A stretch of 64,000 bases of DNA from contig JAOZGP010000023.1 in the NCBI GenBank assembly GCA_027491735.1, forward strand, positions 42,656-106,655, in the 5' to 3' direction. The position numbers were made by a program, and so were the translations under genes. This stretch comes from Thermoproteota archaeon (GTDB lineage Archaea > Korarchaeota > Korarchaeia > Korarchaeales > Korarchaeaceae). Below, piece after piece: positions 20,080 to 30,204 of this stretch (position 1 is the stretch's first letter; each line of letters begins with the position of its first letter). The notes under the pieces are model-generated. The model made no database searches and was not told where the DNA came from. It saw only the letters and a list, made by a program, of their open reading frames with translations.

Positions 20080-22776
20080 TTAAGGAGGATCTACGTGCCT
20101 CATTCTCCTCCAAGCTGCATGGGGAGGAGCTGCGGCCTTCGACGGGTAGACCTCCAGGCTCATCTCCACGTTCACGGGGAAGGGTATCGGACTCGCCATC
20201 CCCCAGATTATGGCCTCGTTGTCGTCCAGGCTCGGGAGGAAGCTTCTCATCGACTCGTCGCACTCAGTGTACCTCATTATAGCCTCCTGGTCGTTACCGT
20301 TCCTCAGTCTGAAGGAGGCTATGGTGTTGCACTGGCTTATGACGCTCTTGCTCAGATAGGCAGGCCTCTGACTCACCACAACGAATCCCAGATTGTATCC
20401 ACCGCTCTGGCTTATGGCCTCCACGAAGGCCTGAGCAACCCCCGAGGAGTGGGGATCTCCGACTACGGGAGCACCTTTCTCAGGTATGAAATACTGTGCT
20501 TCCTCCACGAGCACTATCAGGGCGAAGTTCCCCTCTCTTCTCGACTCCACCGCTCTTCTCAGGAGGTCCCTTATCATGTTTCTGGTGGCCAGGAACTGGT
20601 CCTCGTAGTTAGTGTCCAAACTGTAGTCCAATATCACCACATCGCTTGAGGAGAGGGCATCCAAGATGTCCCTCCCCTCCCCTCTCTCCCTCTCGATCCT
20701 GTGACCAAACCTCCGGAGTCTAGCCTTGATCTCTCTTATCTTCTGAATCCTGTCCTTAGATCCAAGCTCGTTCAGAAGGGTTGAGACCTCCGACAGAAGG
20801 TTATCCCTGTTCACTGGGAAACCCTTGGAGACTATGTCCTCCGCTGCCAAGACCACGATCCTCCACAGGGAGGTTCCAGGAGATATCTTCAACATCCTGG
20901 CGACGTCCTCCGGCTTGAGGAATCCAGACACTGGCACAAACCTCCTGTAGTCGTACATTACAGCAGCTTTGTTTTTTGTAAGTCCCTCGTACTCTCCTCT
21001 CCTATCCAGAACAAGAAACTTCGGCCTGACGTTCAGTCTCAGGGACTTGAGTATCAGGTTCATGGAGAACGTGCTGTTGTGCACGAAGATTCCATTTGCC
21101 AAGAAGTTCTCACAGGAAAAGACTGAGAGGTCATACACGTAGTCGTTGTATTTCACCTTTCTGACCTCAACAACTTCGTCCACGTCGAGTTCTGAGGTCA
21201 GTATCCCTATGTACTCCCTTAGAGTAATTCCTTCTCCCTTGATAGGGTCGATGTAGGCATCCTTCACCTGTCTGAGAATCTCCTGCAGAACCCTCTTTCT
21301 CTGTACCAACCTGCCAAAGTACGGTTTCAGCTTTCGACATTTGTTCAGGACGACAGTGGGGATGGTTCTCGCGGGAATGTGCCCACTTGCCGCCACGTTC
21401 TCGGTGAGGAGAAGTAGAGATGGCTCATGAATGTAGAACCCATCCCAAACGTGGTTGAACGTCGGAACTCCCAAGAGATTCAAGGCCACCGAGACCTCCA
21501 TCGATCTTCTCCGTGAGGAGGAGTAGAACCTTCTGAATACAGGATGCTCCCCACTCCCGTTGTCCACAATCCAACTGGTCCTATCGAAGAACTCCTTTAG
21601 GGCCCTGCTCCTAGGAGATCCGAGTCTTATATCTCCATACTCCACTCTCTCATTCGAAAGTCCCGCCAGAGACAGAAATCCTCCTCTAACAAGCTCCGTC
21701 ATCTCACTGTCATAGATCTCTATCCCTCCGCTCAACCTGGAGTACGAAACTCCAGCCGCCTCGGCCATGAGCTCGAGCTCGGACAGATCCTCTGAGTATA
21801 TTGTGATGCACTCGTCTTTGGCGATTCCGTCAGCGACTGCTGCTCCAAGAAGCTCCGCCTTGGCGGGATCCATCTTTCTCTTGGAAGGGATGAGAATCTT
21901 CCTGGGAACGAATACCCAGAAGTTCCCTCTCTTCAGCTTCTCGGGTCCTGTAAGCTTTATCCTTCTCCCATCCCATACGTATATCCCATGGCCTTCTGTA
22001 AGCTTTATCCTTCTCCCATTCTTCGTGATCACCTCATAGATCTCCTCCGCTGGCTCGTGCCTTATGACTGCTCTTATTGGCATCCACACGGGAGTCATAG
22101 ATCTGAAGTCCATCGCCACGGTGTAGTAGCAAGATGAATCCAGGGTGACGAGGTCCCTTCCGGAGTCGCCAGCCATGCGTCTATAGAACTCATCTATCCT
22201 CAAGATCTCCACAGTTCTCACGTCAGCGTCGAAGATGACCACTAATGTGTCTCCCGAAACACTCTTTCCTGATCTAGTCATCCCGGAAATGAACAGGTGC
22301 CCTCTAGCTATCCCGTCCAGGTCCATGCTGAAGAGAACATCAGTTCCCTTTATCCTCCCGACCACAACTCCAAGGCTCTGTCTTCCATATCTGAAGAACT
22401 CGTTGACCATCTCCTTATCGGGAAGAAAAACAGGAGAGGAAGTGGAGGGAGGGGCCTCGAGTTTGTACAGCTTGTTTGATCCGGGAATCTTATAGCCGAG
22501 AACCTCACACTCAGCGATCAGATATTCCAGATCATTCTGAAAATCCGAGTTTACCCCGAGGCTGCTAGCCATCACAGCGGTCCTTCCGACGTCCATCTCC
22601 TCGTTCACGGAGTATATGTTGTGGACTCTCATCATCAGGACCGCTTCTGGATACCACGGATGAACTGTCGCCACGAAAGATCCAATTCCAACTCTGCTCT
22701 CCCTTCTGATGACGAAGTTCACCCTGGAGGGTGTTGAGCGAGACATCACCGAGCCAACCACTTCTCCTCGTATCAA
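20080..22776 (-). CDS. herA: HerA-family helicase/translocase containing an intein
   Basis: N-terminal HAS-barrel-like region, Walker A GMTRSGK[intein]ST, LDRRGEY, Walker B VEEAQ, SQRP, SQCNT. Confidence 0.9.
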   Translation of the reverse strand: MIRGEVVGSVMSRSTPSRVNFVIRRESRVGIGSFVATVHPWYPEAVLMMRVHNIYSVNEEMDVGRTAVMASSLGVNSDFQNDLEYLIAECEVLGYKIPGSNKLYKLEAPPSTSSPVFLPDKEMVNEFFRYGRQSLGVVVGRIKGTDVLFSMDLDGIARGHLFISGMTRSGKSVSGDTLVVIFDADVRTVEILRIDEFYRRMAGDSGRDLVTLDSSCYYTVAMDFRSMTPVWMPIRAVIRHEPAEEIYEVITKNGRRIKLTEGHGIYVWDGRRIKLTGPEKLKRGNFWVFVPRKILIPSKRKMDPAKAELLGAAVADGIAKDECITIYSEDLSELELMAEAAGVSYSRLSGGIEIYDSEMTELVRGGFLSLAGLSNERVEYGDIRLGSPRSRALKEFFDRTSWIVDNGSGEHPVFRRFYSSSRRRSMEVSVALNLLGVPTFNHVWDGFYIHEPSLLLLTENVAASGHIPARTIPTVVLNKCRKLKPYFGRLVQRKRVLQEILRQVKDAYIDPIKGEGITLREYIGILTSELDVDEVVEVRKVKYNDYVYDLSVFSCENFLANGIFVHNSTFSMNLILKSLRLNVRPKFLVLDRRGEYEGLTKNKAAVMYDYRRFVPVSGFLKPEDVARMLKISPGTSLWRIVVLAAEDIVSKGFPVNRDNLLSEVSTLLNELGSKDRIQKIREIKARLRRFGHRIERERGEGRDILDALSSSDVVILDYSLDTNYEDQFLATRNMIRDLLRRAVESRREGNFALIVLVEEAQYFIPEKGAPVVGDPHSSGVAQAFVEAISQSGGYNLGFVVVSQRPAYLSKSVISQCNTIASFRLRNGNDQEAIMRYTECDESMRSFLPSLDDNEAIIWGMASPIPFPVNVEMSLEVYPSKAAAPPHAAWRRMRHVDPP
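21076..22263 (-). mobile_element. Intein (396 aa) with a degenerate LAGLIDADG domain, inserted in HerA Walker A
   Basis: Starts SVSGDT after GK, has block B TEGH, and ends VYDLSV..NFLANGIFVHN followed by +1 Ser. Endonuclease-like block LLGAAVADG. Confidence 0.9.
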
Positions 22777-23864
22777 ATCAGATCCTCCCCGTACTGCGGA
22801 CCAAAAGCATGCAAGACGAGCTGATCTCCAACCTCCCTCACCAACTCAGAGAGCATCCTGCGGTAGATCATCCTGACGAACTCGGTCTTCATCTTGGAGA
22901 GTCTATCAACAGCCACGACAGGAAGGGGTATCCCTACATCAGGCGTGCTCAAGTTGTAGAGGTGAGAGATCAGCTCATTTAGGTGGGGAATTGCATACTC
23001 GGGGAGATCCAAGCGAACAGGAGATCTCACACCGAATTTAGCGAATGAGGAATATATCTTGAGCTCCGAGGGGCTTACCCCCGATTCCTTGCACCAGAGG
23101 ACTAACTGATCCCACATCCAATCGGCCGGGAAAGGAGAGGTGAATTCTCCCCTGTACAACATCCCGGAGGTGAGAGCAGCATCCGGAATTTGTCTTTCGC
23201 TAGGAACTCCGGAGGCCCTAGAGATCATCGAGCTTCGAACTCTTTTCACGACGCCCACAACAGGTATATCCTGTTCTCTAGCCTCATCAAGCAGGAGGAC
23301 AAGCTCTCTTCCAGCATCTGAAAAAGTCTTGATGTAAAGCCTGCTATATCTCCTCGAGTTGGGGGAGAAGTGAGTGGAGCTCATGTTGAGAGGCCCATCT
23401 ATCAGAACAGCATCGACGGAGGAGAGAAACTTACGAGCGAGTTTGAACTGAAGTAGAAAGCCAACAAGACCAGCTATCTTTCTTCCTTCCTCAGGATCAT
23501 CACTCCTTGGAAGGAGAGTAGCGGCTATCATTGGTTTATGAAGCTTTCTAGCTCCCTGAAAGGTAGCAGAAACTCCGAACACCAGAGGAATGTACCCCAG
23601 GAGGGACTCCGGACCATTAAATCCTGAATCCACGGCAGCGGTGCAGAAGTGCGAACTGTCTACCTCAGCGCACCTCTTGATCTTCAGGAGGTCCTGAAGC
23701 CTGGAGATGAGTTCCCTCAAGTCTCTGAGCGACCTCTCAATTCTATCCTTGCCATCCTCGACCACCAGCCTCACGACTTTGTTTACTTGCTCGAAGTCAC
23801 TAAGGTAGACTTTGTAGGGCTGTTCCTTCTGAAGGTACCTCTCCAGGGTGACTCGCTGCATCAC
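22773..23864 (-). CDS. nurA: NurA-family 5'-3' nuclease
   Basis: AAVDSG, LIDGPL, VGVVKR and G.P.P..VD motifs. Overlaps the herA start. Confidence 0.85.
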   Translation of the reverse strand: MMQRVTLERYLQKEQPYKVYLSDFEQVNKVVRLVVEDGKDRIERSLRDLRELISRLQDLLKIKRCAEVDSSHFCTAAVDSGFNGPESLLGYIPLVFGVSATFQGARKLHKPMIAATLLPRSDDPEEGRKIAGLVGFLLQFKLARKFLSSVDAVLIDGPLNMSSTHFSPNSRRYSRLYIKTFSDAGRELVLLLDEAREQDIPVVGVVKRVRSSMISRASGVPSERQIPDAALTSGMLYRGEFTSPFPADWMWDQLVLWCKESGVSPSELKIYSSFAKFGVRSPVRLDLPEYAIPHLNELISHLYNLSTPDVGIPLPVVAVDRLSKMKTEFVRMIYRRMLSELVREVGDQLVLHAFGPQYGEDLI

Positions 23865-24044
23865 GTCACCAACCCGAGGAAACCTTCCGGAGATTTAAAT
23901 CCTTTTGTTATTTTTCAACTCCATTGTAAGATAATCTTTTATTCATAAAAATATTTTTCGTGAGGCAGAGGAAAATTGTACAGATAGGCTTAATTTGGAT
24001 GCATAAGTTTTTATAAAAAATGTCAAAAAGAAATTTACGATACC

Positions 24045-24761
24045 ATGGAGAAGAGGCTCCTAATAACAAGCACAGATCAAAGCGATAAGGCAATAGAACA
24101 AGTGCTAAAAATGATTAAACCAGAATACATATGTCTCATCCAAGATCTAGATGGAAAATTCTCTCTCAGTGACGATCTTATGGAGAAGATTGAGTGGCTG
24201 ATTGGAGACAACCTGATCTACGTGAAAGCGAACCTAATGGACTTTCATCAGGTCATGGATGTGACCTCTGAGGTCGTCGACATGGCACGAGCTCAGGGTG
24301 TGGAGAAGATCTTCGTGAACGTCTCGCCTGGAAGCACTCCAGCCTCCCTAGCCCTCTACATGTCGGCCAGCGTCAGAGGTCTGGAGGCTGTTTTTGCTCA
24401 CAAAGAGGCAATCAAGGTCCCTGTGATTCCCTATGATGATCTTCCTGAACAAGCTATAGAGATACTCAGGGTGCTCCTGGAGGACTTCGATGGAAGAGCA
24501 TCTCTTTCGGAGCTTGCTGAGAGAGCAAATGTTGGAAGGAACAGGAGGAGAGGAAGAGGAAGGAGCAAAGTCGCTCTGGTCGATTATTACATAAATAAGT
24601 ACCTAAAACCAAGGGAGTATGTTAATACGGAATATGACAGGCGCGAGCTTTACATCTCTCTAAGTGAAAAAGGTGAGAACCTAGCCAAGAGAAGTAGAGA
24701 TCTTACAGTCTTTCCAGTGAGGATGGAGAGAGCCGTGGAGGTGAAGCAGGATGGAGCTTGA
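24045..24761 (+). CDS. CARF-like Rossmann plus winged-HTH regulator (Csa3/DUF6293-like)
   Basis: N-domain with IFVNVSPGS..LALY and C-terminal wHTH (SLSELAER..YISLSEKG). Divergent from nurA. Confidence 0.65.
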   Translation: MEKRLLITSTDQSDKAIEQVLKMIKPEYICLIQDLDGKFSLSDDLMEKIEWLIGDNLIYVKANLMDFHQVMDVTSEVVDMARAQGVEKIFVNVSPGSTPASLALYMSASVRGLEAVFAHKEAIKVPVIPYDDLPEQAIEILRVLLEDFDGRASLSELAERANVGRNRRRGRGRSKVALVDYYINKYLKPREYVNTEYDRRELYISLSEKGENLAKRSRDLTVFPVRMERAVEVKQDGA

Positions 24762-25050
24762 AACTCTCAGAGAGAAGTTGGCAGGTATTCTCCTGAAGAC
24801 GGAAGAACCTCTTTCAGCCTCTGAGCTCGCGAGGAGGTTAGATCTGGATCCGAGAAGAGGTGCGAGAATTGTCTACGAAATGCTCCCTCATGTCTCCAAG
24901 TCCATAAGAGCTAGATACGGGAAACAGGTTTATTTTGAACCTCCAACCTGCAGAAAATGTGGTTTTACTTTCTCCTCCTTCAGGAAACCTCACAAGTGCC
25001 CCAAGTGTGGAAGCGAGTGGGTAGACCCTCCCAGGTTTTTTGTAAAATAG
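24751..25050 (+). CDS. HTH plus Zn-ribbon transcriptional regulator (COG3357-like)
   Basis: PLSASELARRL, PPTCRKCGF, CPKCGSEWV. Confidence 0.8.
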   Translation: MELETLREKLAGILLKTEEPLSASELARRLDLDPRRGARIVYEMLPHVSKSIRARYGKQVYFEPPTCRKCGFTFSSFRKPHKCPKCGSEWVDPPRFFVK

Positions 25051-25147
25051 GGAATTTAATGACCCAAAGAATGGGAAAATGATAATGAAAATAAATAAAA
25101 TAATATAAAGGATAAGGAAAAGGTGAGAGAACAACGCGTCTGTCCTT

Positions 25148-26251
25148 TCAGCTTTCCTTCGCTTCGGATTCCTCAATGTTCTCTCCGAGAACGGCTTTTC
25201 TTATCTTCTCTATCTTCTTTCTTGGTAGAGCAAAGACTGGCTTCTCCGGCAGAAGGCCTTGAGGTCTGAATAGAGATATAGCTATTATCACCAGACCCAC
25301 GAGCATGTACTCCAGCCAGTTCGGGTTTATGGGTATAACCGATCCAATTAGATCCTTGTAGGTGTAGATCAAGGTCCTCACTATGGAGAACACGAGAACA
25401 CCAACCAGCATACCTACGTTGTTTCCGGTTCCACCCAGCATCATGTAGGCCCAAGGCCAGAAGGTCCATGTCAGCCTGCTGTAAGACACCGCCTTGAAGC
25501 TTCCTGTATAGAGAGCCCAGAGAGCGCCGCCCATGGCTGCCAGAGCACCGCCTATTATCAACACTCTAGCCCTGAGAGCCACTATATCCTTGCCGTAAAC
25601 CTCAGCTGCCAAAGGAGCGTCCCTCATTGCCTTGAGAGACCTCCCAAACGGAGACCTAGCTATCCTTTCGGCGTAGGCGAAAACCAAGAGAGCAATTCCT
25701 AGTATTATGAAGGTGGCTCCTACGAACCTCACAGGACCGGTGCCTATCCACCTGAAGACGTCCGGGATCATGACGCCCTCGGTCCCTCCAGCTATTGGAT
25801 CATAGTTCCACACCACCAGCTGGAGGACGTCACCGAAAGCAAGTAGAGTTATACCCAGATAGGCCTCTTCAAGTCTCAAAGCAGGATAAGAGCACAGATA
25901 TCCGACAATACCTCCTAGGATTGCTGCTATTATCAAGGTGAGCACGAGCATCGTTATTGAAAGCGTAGGGCTCTGGGCCAGGAGCCTGCTGAGCTCATCC
26001 ACTAGTTTGTAGTTTATCAGATGGTTAGCGTACTCCACACCGGAGGGTTTACCGTAAATCGATGCAACTATCCTCCCGGTGATCCCTCCAGCGACTAGAG
26101 CTCCCATCAAAACCGTCAGGACCCTTCCAAACTGAGGTATGTCTGCAAAACCAACCTCCAAGTTCAAGCTTATTGTGACTATTAAACCCACTGCGAAGTT
26201 TATCAGGATATTTAACAGGAGAGGATTAGCGAAGATGTCCTCTATCCCCAT
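25148..26251 (-). CDS. livM: Branched-chain amino-acid ABC permease (LivM-like)
   Basis: LRL..YLGITLLAF, SPFGRSLKAMRD, LGGTGN, RPQGL. Confidence 0.88.
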   Translation of the reverse strand: MGIEDIFANPLLLNILINFAVGLIVTISLNLEVGFADIPQFGRVLTVLMGALVAGGITGRIVASIYGKPSGVEYANHLINYKLVDELSRLLAQSPTLSITMLVLTLIIAAILGGIVGYLCSYPALRLEEAYLGITLLAFGDVLQLVVWNYDPIAGGTEGVMIPDVFRWIGTGPVRFVGATFIILGIALLVFAYAERIARSPFGRSLKAMRDAPLAAEVYGKDIVALRARVLIIGGALAAMGGALWALYTGSFKAVSYSRLTWTFWPWAYMMLGGTGNNVGMLVGVLVFSIVRTLIYTYKDLIGSVIPINPNWLEYMLVGLVIIAISLFRPQGLLPEKPVFALPRKKIEKIRKAVLGENIEESEAKES

Positions 26252-26266
26252 TCTCTATCCCTCCCT

Positions 26267-27205
26267 TTAGATCTTCACTCCAAGCTTGCCCAGAACCTTC
26301 TTCCAGTCTATCGTTGCCAGGCCTCGCGGGAAGAACAGCAGAGTTATCACCATGGCGACCATTGGTATGATGGGTCTGTACGCACAGATCCATCCTCCAA
26401 GAGCGACCGATAAAGAGTAGGTTCCAAGCTGCTCAACCATGCCTATGAGAAATCCTCCCAGTATGCTTGCAATGATGCTGTCCAACCCTCCGACAATGGA
26501 TCCGGCAAAGAGTGTTACTAAGATAGTCATGCCAACAGACGGATATCCACTTATAGTCAAAGATAAGAAAGCTCCACTTAGGCCAGCCATTCCACCTCCA
26601 AGTAACCAGGCCGCCAGATATATCTTCTCGGGATTTATTCCCAGCACCTGAGCCAGCTCCGGGTTTTCTATGGTCGTTCTCATGGCTATTCCGAAGTTAG
26701 TTCTTGTCATAAATAGATATATTCCTATAGTTACTAGTATGACAGATATAAACGATACTACGGGAACGGCCCTTATCTCCGTGGCCCCCATCCTCATGAT
26801 GATTGGATCCTTCAGCTCCATCACGAAGTATCTGGCGCTCAGCTTGTAGACCTCTGTAAGGTAGTCAGCGAACACATTTAGGAATGCGAAGAAGATCAAA
26901 TCCACACCCAAAGTGGACATCATCAGGGTTACCATGTCTGCTTTTCTCTTCAGAAGATACCTGTTGACGAAGAAGTATGTCACAAATCCTAAAAATGCGG
27001 AGAAAAGTGCAGCTGGAATCACATAGTAGTAAGGACTTCCGCCGAGCAGAGACATCATAGCATACACTATGTAGAAACCCCAAGCCACCTTGGACGCGTG
27101 AGCAAAGTTGAACGTGCCGGTTGCCATGTATATCAGCGTTATACCCGCAGCCGCCAGAGCTATACCACCAGAATAGGCAATTGCTCTCGTAAATATCTCT
27201 ATCAA
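26267..27205 (-). CDS. livH: Branched-chain amino-acid ABC permease (LivH-like)
   Basis: FNFAH, TNFGIAMR, ENPELAQVLGIN. Start moved to the TTG after the SD. Confidence 0.88.
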   Translation of the reverse strand: MIEIFTRAIAYSGGIALAAAGITLIYMATGTFNFAHASKVAWGFYIVYAMMSLLGGSPYYYVIPAALFSAFLGFVTYFFVNRYLLKRKADMVTLMMSTLGVDLIFFAFLNVFADYLTEVYKLSARYFVMELKDPIIMRMGATEIRAVPVVSFISVILVTIGIYLFMTRTNFGIAMRTTIENPELAQVLGINPEKIYLAAWLLGGGMAGLSGAFLSLTISGYPSVGMTILVTLFAGSIVGGLDSIIASILGGFLIGMVEQLGTYSLSVALGGWICAYRPIIPMVAMVITLLFFPRGLATIDWKKVLGKLGVKI

Positions 27206-27539
27206 CGCATCGACACCCCCTCGTAACCTACGTGACTGAAACAACGATATCCTATTGTGACGCTTCTCTTGAAGGGAGAATTGCATTTTTTAAACTTTTT
27301 GTTTTGAGTTAATAACTTTAACTCTTTCAAAAACATTAATCCCTTCTGTGGAGAACTGTCAGAAGTATCGCTACAGTGACATGATAGAATCCCTCAGAAA
27401 AAACTCCCTAGCATCGGATAGGAGAAAAGACAAGAGTTTATGGAAACCTATCTGTTCTGAGGATCGTTGAGGTAGGTTTTGAGGACAGAGATCTTTTGAA
27501 AGTGGTCTCTGAGAGTGTGAGATCCAAACCGGGTTTCAG

Positions 27540-27585
27540 GACGATCACCACCTGGGTCCCTCGACGATCACCACCTGGGTCCCTC
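27540..27585. repeat. Perfect 23-bp tandem duplication GACGATCACCACCTGGGTCCCTC x2
   Basis: Read directly at 27540-27562 and 27563-27585. Confidence 0.9.
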
Positions 27586-27883
27586 TTTGATTTGAAGATC
27601 TGGGGATCTAGAACTATGATCGACACTGTTTTAGACAAAAAGCTCCTGTCTAAAGATAAGTCGACACGTCCTGGAGAGATGATGGTTTTTGTATAACGAT
27701 GCCTCAGCAAACCCTCCTGAGCAAAGTAAAAAATTTTACTGAATTTATCGATATCAGCTCCTACGAAGTTTTCCTTAGGATTTCAGTTAAGTCAGTTGTG
27801 CTTATCCTCTTGCTTCAGAAAAAAATTTATATTAGTCCTGGTGACTCCTAGGATAGATCAACTCTCGAGGAGGTCTAAGAGAT

Positions 27884-29203
27884 ATGGACTCCAAGGTTGC
27901 GTACGCCCTGATGTTGATATGCCTGCTCATAGGAGTGGGCATAGGATGGGCGGCCAAGCCTACGCCCAAGGCCCCAACTGGAGGAGGTGCGCCCACAAAG
28001 GCTCAATGCCCGAAGTGCCCAACCGGTCTTAGCGGTGAGGTCCCGATAGGTGCCCTTCTCTCATTGACCGGAGCTCTCTCAAATTATGGAGAGAACAGTG
28101 AAGTGGCTCTCAAACTTGCTGAGAAGCAGATAAATGAGTGGCTTGCCTCTATAGGAGAGAAGTGGAGGATAAAGGTCTACTATGAGGACACTGCCACCGA
28201 TCCAAAGACCGCACTGGACAAGATGCAGGCCCTCTACGGAAAGGGTGTGAAGATCTTCATAGGACCGATGACCAGTGCTGAGGTGAGCACTGTTAAGAAC
28301 TATGCTGATGCCAACAAGCTTCTCGTGATATCTCAGTCCTCCACGTCCCCTGCCCTCAGCATCTCCGACGATATGGTGTTCAGGTACTGCCCTGATGACA
28401 CCATTCAGGGTCCGGCAGCTGCTCACACCGCTTTTCAGCTCGGGGTTAGGCATCTTGTCGTGGTATGGAGAGGAGATACTTGGGGAGATGGACTTGCTGA
28501 GACCACAATAGAGGCCTTCAACAAGTTGGTGAAGGAGAAGGGAGTGCAGGGTGAAGCGATAAAGGGAATAAGGTACGATCCGAATGCTAAGGAGTTCTCC
28601 ACTGAAGCTGCCAAGCTCAACCAGATTGTTAGCGATCTCGTCCAGAAGTACGGCAAAGATGAGGTAGGTGTTTCTTTCATAGGTTTCACGGAGTACGTTG
28701 CTTTCGCTGCTGCGGCATCTCAATATCCTGTCCTTAGCGAGGTCCTCTGGATCGGTTCTGATGGAACTGCTGACACCCCACAGATAGTGCAGAATCCGAG
28801 CATAGCCGAGTTTGCCATAAAGACGAGGTTCCTCAACCCGATATTCGCTCCGTCCAGCTCTCCGTTCCTGGATGAGGTCAAGAGCTACGTGAAGCAGAAG
28901 CTCGGTAGGGAACCTGACAGCTACGCCTACGCTGCCTACGATGCCCTCTGGACTGCGGCCATAGCGCTTGAGATGACGAAATCCTACGATCCTGTGACCA
29001 TAGCTAAGATACTACCGAGCGTCGTCAAGAGATATATGGGTGCTTCTGGAAACTTCCAGCTCAACAAGTACGGTGACAGGGCGTTCTCCGATTACTTCCT
29101 GAGGGTGGTTGTGAAGAAGAACGGCAAGTACACCTGGGACACTGCTGGAGTTTACCGTTGCTCCACTGGAGTGGTCGAGTTCTCCAGCTGGTTCAAACCA
29201 TGA
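27884..29203 (+). CDS. livK: Branched-chain amino-acid ABC substrate-binding protein
   Basis: N-terminal TM, IGALLSLTG, EDT.TDP, IGPMTS, AYDA. Confidence 0.88.
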   Translation: MDSKVAYALMLICLLIGVGIGWAAKPTPKAPTGGGAPTKAQCPKCPTGLSGEVPIGALLSLTGALSNYGENSEVALKLAEKQINEWLASIGEKWRIKVYYEDTATDPKTALDKMQALYGKGVKIFIGPMTSAEVSTVKNYADANKLLVISQSSTSPALSISDDMVFRYCPDDTIQGPAAAHTAFQLGVRHLVVVWRGDTWGDGLAETTIEAFNKLVKEKGVQGEAIKGIRYDPNAKEFSTEAAKLNQIVSDLVQKYGKDEVGVSFIGFTEYVAFAAAASQYPVLSEVLWIGSDGTADTPQIVQNPSIAEFAIKTRFLNPIFAPSSSPFLDEVKSYVKQKLGREPDSYAYAAYDALWTAAIALEMTKSYDPVTIAKILPSVVKRYMGASGNFQLNKYGDRAFSDYFLRVVVKKNGKYTWDTAGVYRCSTGVVEFSSWFKP

Positions 29204-29438
29204 GCTATTGAACTCTTCCTTTACTTTTTCATTATCAACATTATTAGTTTTTGAGTTCCCGAGCAGTGATCTAAGCCCTCTTTCTGCTCTTTCAACTCAG
29301 AGCAAACGACTCATCTACACCACGTGCATCTGTTTTTATAACCGCTCTAAGCTCCACGAGTGGAAGAAAATTTTTTTATTAAGTAAGTCAAGGATTCTCC
29401 AGCTTGAGATCGAAGCGGTGGAAGATTGGTGATGCTCC

Positions 29439-30203
29439 ATGGGCTCCGAGAAGTATATACTTCAGACGGATGACCTAGTGAAACGTTTCGGAGGACTGGT
29501 GGCAGTCGACCACGTCAACTTGAGGGTTAAGCGGAACACGATAACGATGCTCATGGGACCTAATGGTGCTGGCAAGTCCACCCTCGTCAACACATGCACA
29601 GGAGTGCTCAAGCCGGACGGGGGGAAGGTCATCTTCGATGGACAAGATATAACAGGTTGGCCTCCCCATGAGGTGTACAGGTCTGGATTTGTGAGAACGT
29701 TCCAGATACCTCTTCCCTTCCAGTTTCTAACGGTCCTTGAGAATGTGCTCGTGGCTCTTCCCAATTCCGGTGAGAACCCGATAAAGGCCCCCATAAGGGG
29801 ATTATGGGATAAGGAGGAGGAAGAGAACGTCAAAAGAGCTTTTGAAATACTGAAGATGGTCGGGCTTGATACCCACTGGAACTGGCAGGCCTTCAGGCTT
29901 GGAGGAGGTCAGCTTAAGATGTTGGAGGTCTCCAGAGCTCTTGCTACGGGAGCCAAGCTGATAGCCCTGGACGAGCCGATAGGCGGGGTCGACCCTGCAT
30001 ATGCTGACAACATACTCTCCAACATAAGGAGGTTGAAGGAGACTCTGGACGTGTCCTTTCTGCTCATAGAGCACAGGATAGACATTGCCCTTCCATACGC
30101 AGACTACGTGTACGTCATGGACAGGGGTGCTGTGATAGCTGAGGGCATTCCGGACGAGATAAAGAACAACCCCAAGGTCATTGATGTTTACATAGGAGAG
30201 TAG
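29439..30203 (+). CDS. livG: Branched-chain amino-acid ABC ATPase (LivG-like)
   Basis: FGGLVAV, GPNGAGKST, RTFQ, LDEP, IEH. Confidence 0.92.
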   Translation: MGSEKYILQTDDLVKRFGGLVAVDHVNLRVKRNTITMLMGPNGAGKSTLVNTCTGVLKPDGGKVIFDGQDITGWPPHEVYRSGFVRTFQIPLPFQFLTVLENVLVALPNSGENPIKAPIRGLWDKEEEENVKRAFEILKMVGLDTHWNWQAFRLGGGQLKMLEVSRALATGAKLIALDEPIGGVDPAYADNILSNIRRLKETLDVSFLLIEHRIDIALPYADYVYVMDRGAVIAEGIPDEIKNNPKVIDVYIGE

Positions 30204-30204
30204 G

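Noticed and set aside
27540-27585. Possible mini-CRISPR
   Set aside because: Two abutting copies with no spacer, and no cas genes in the window.
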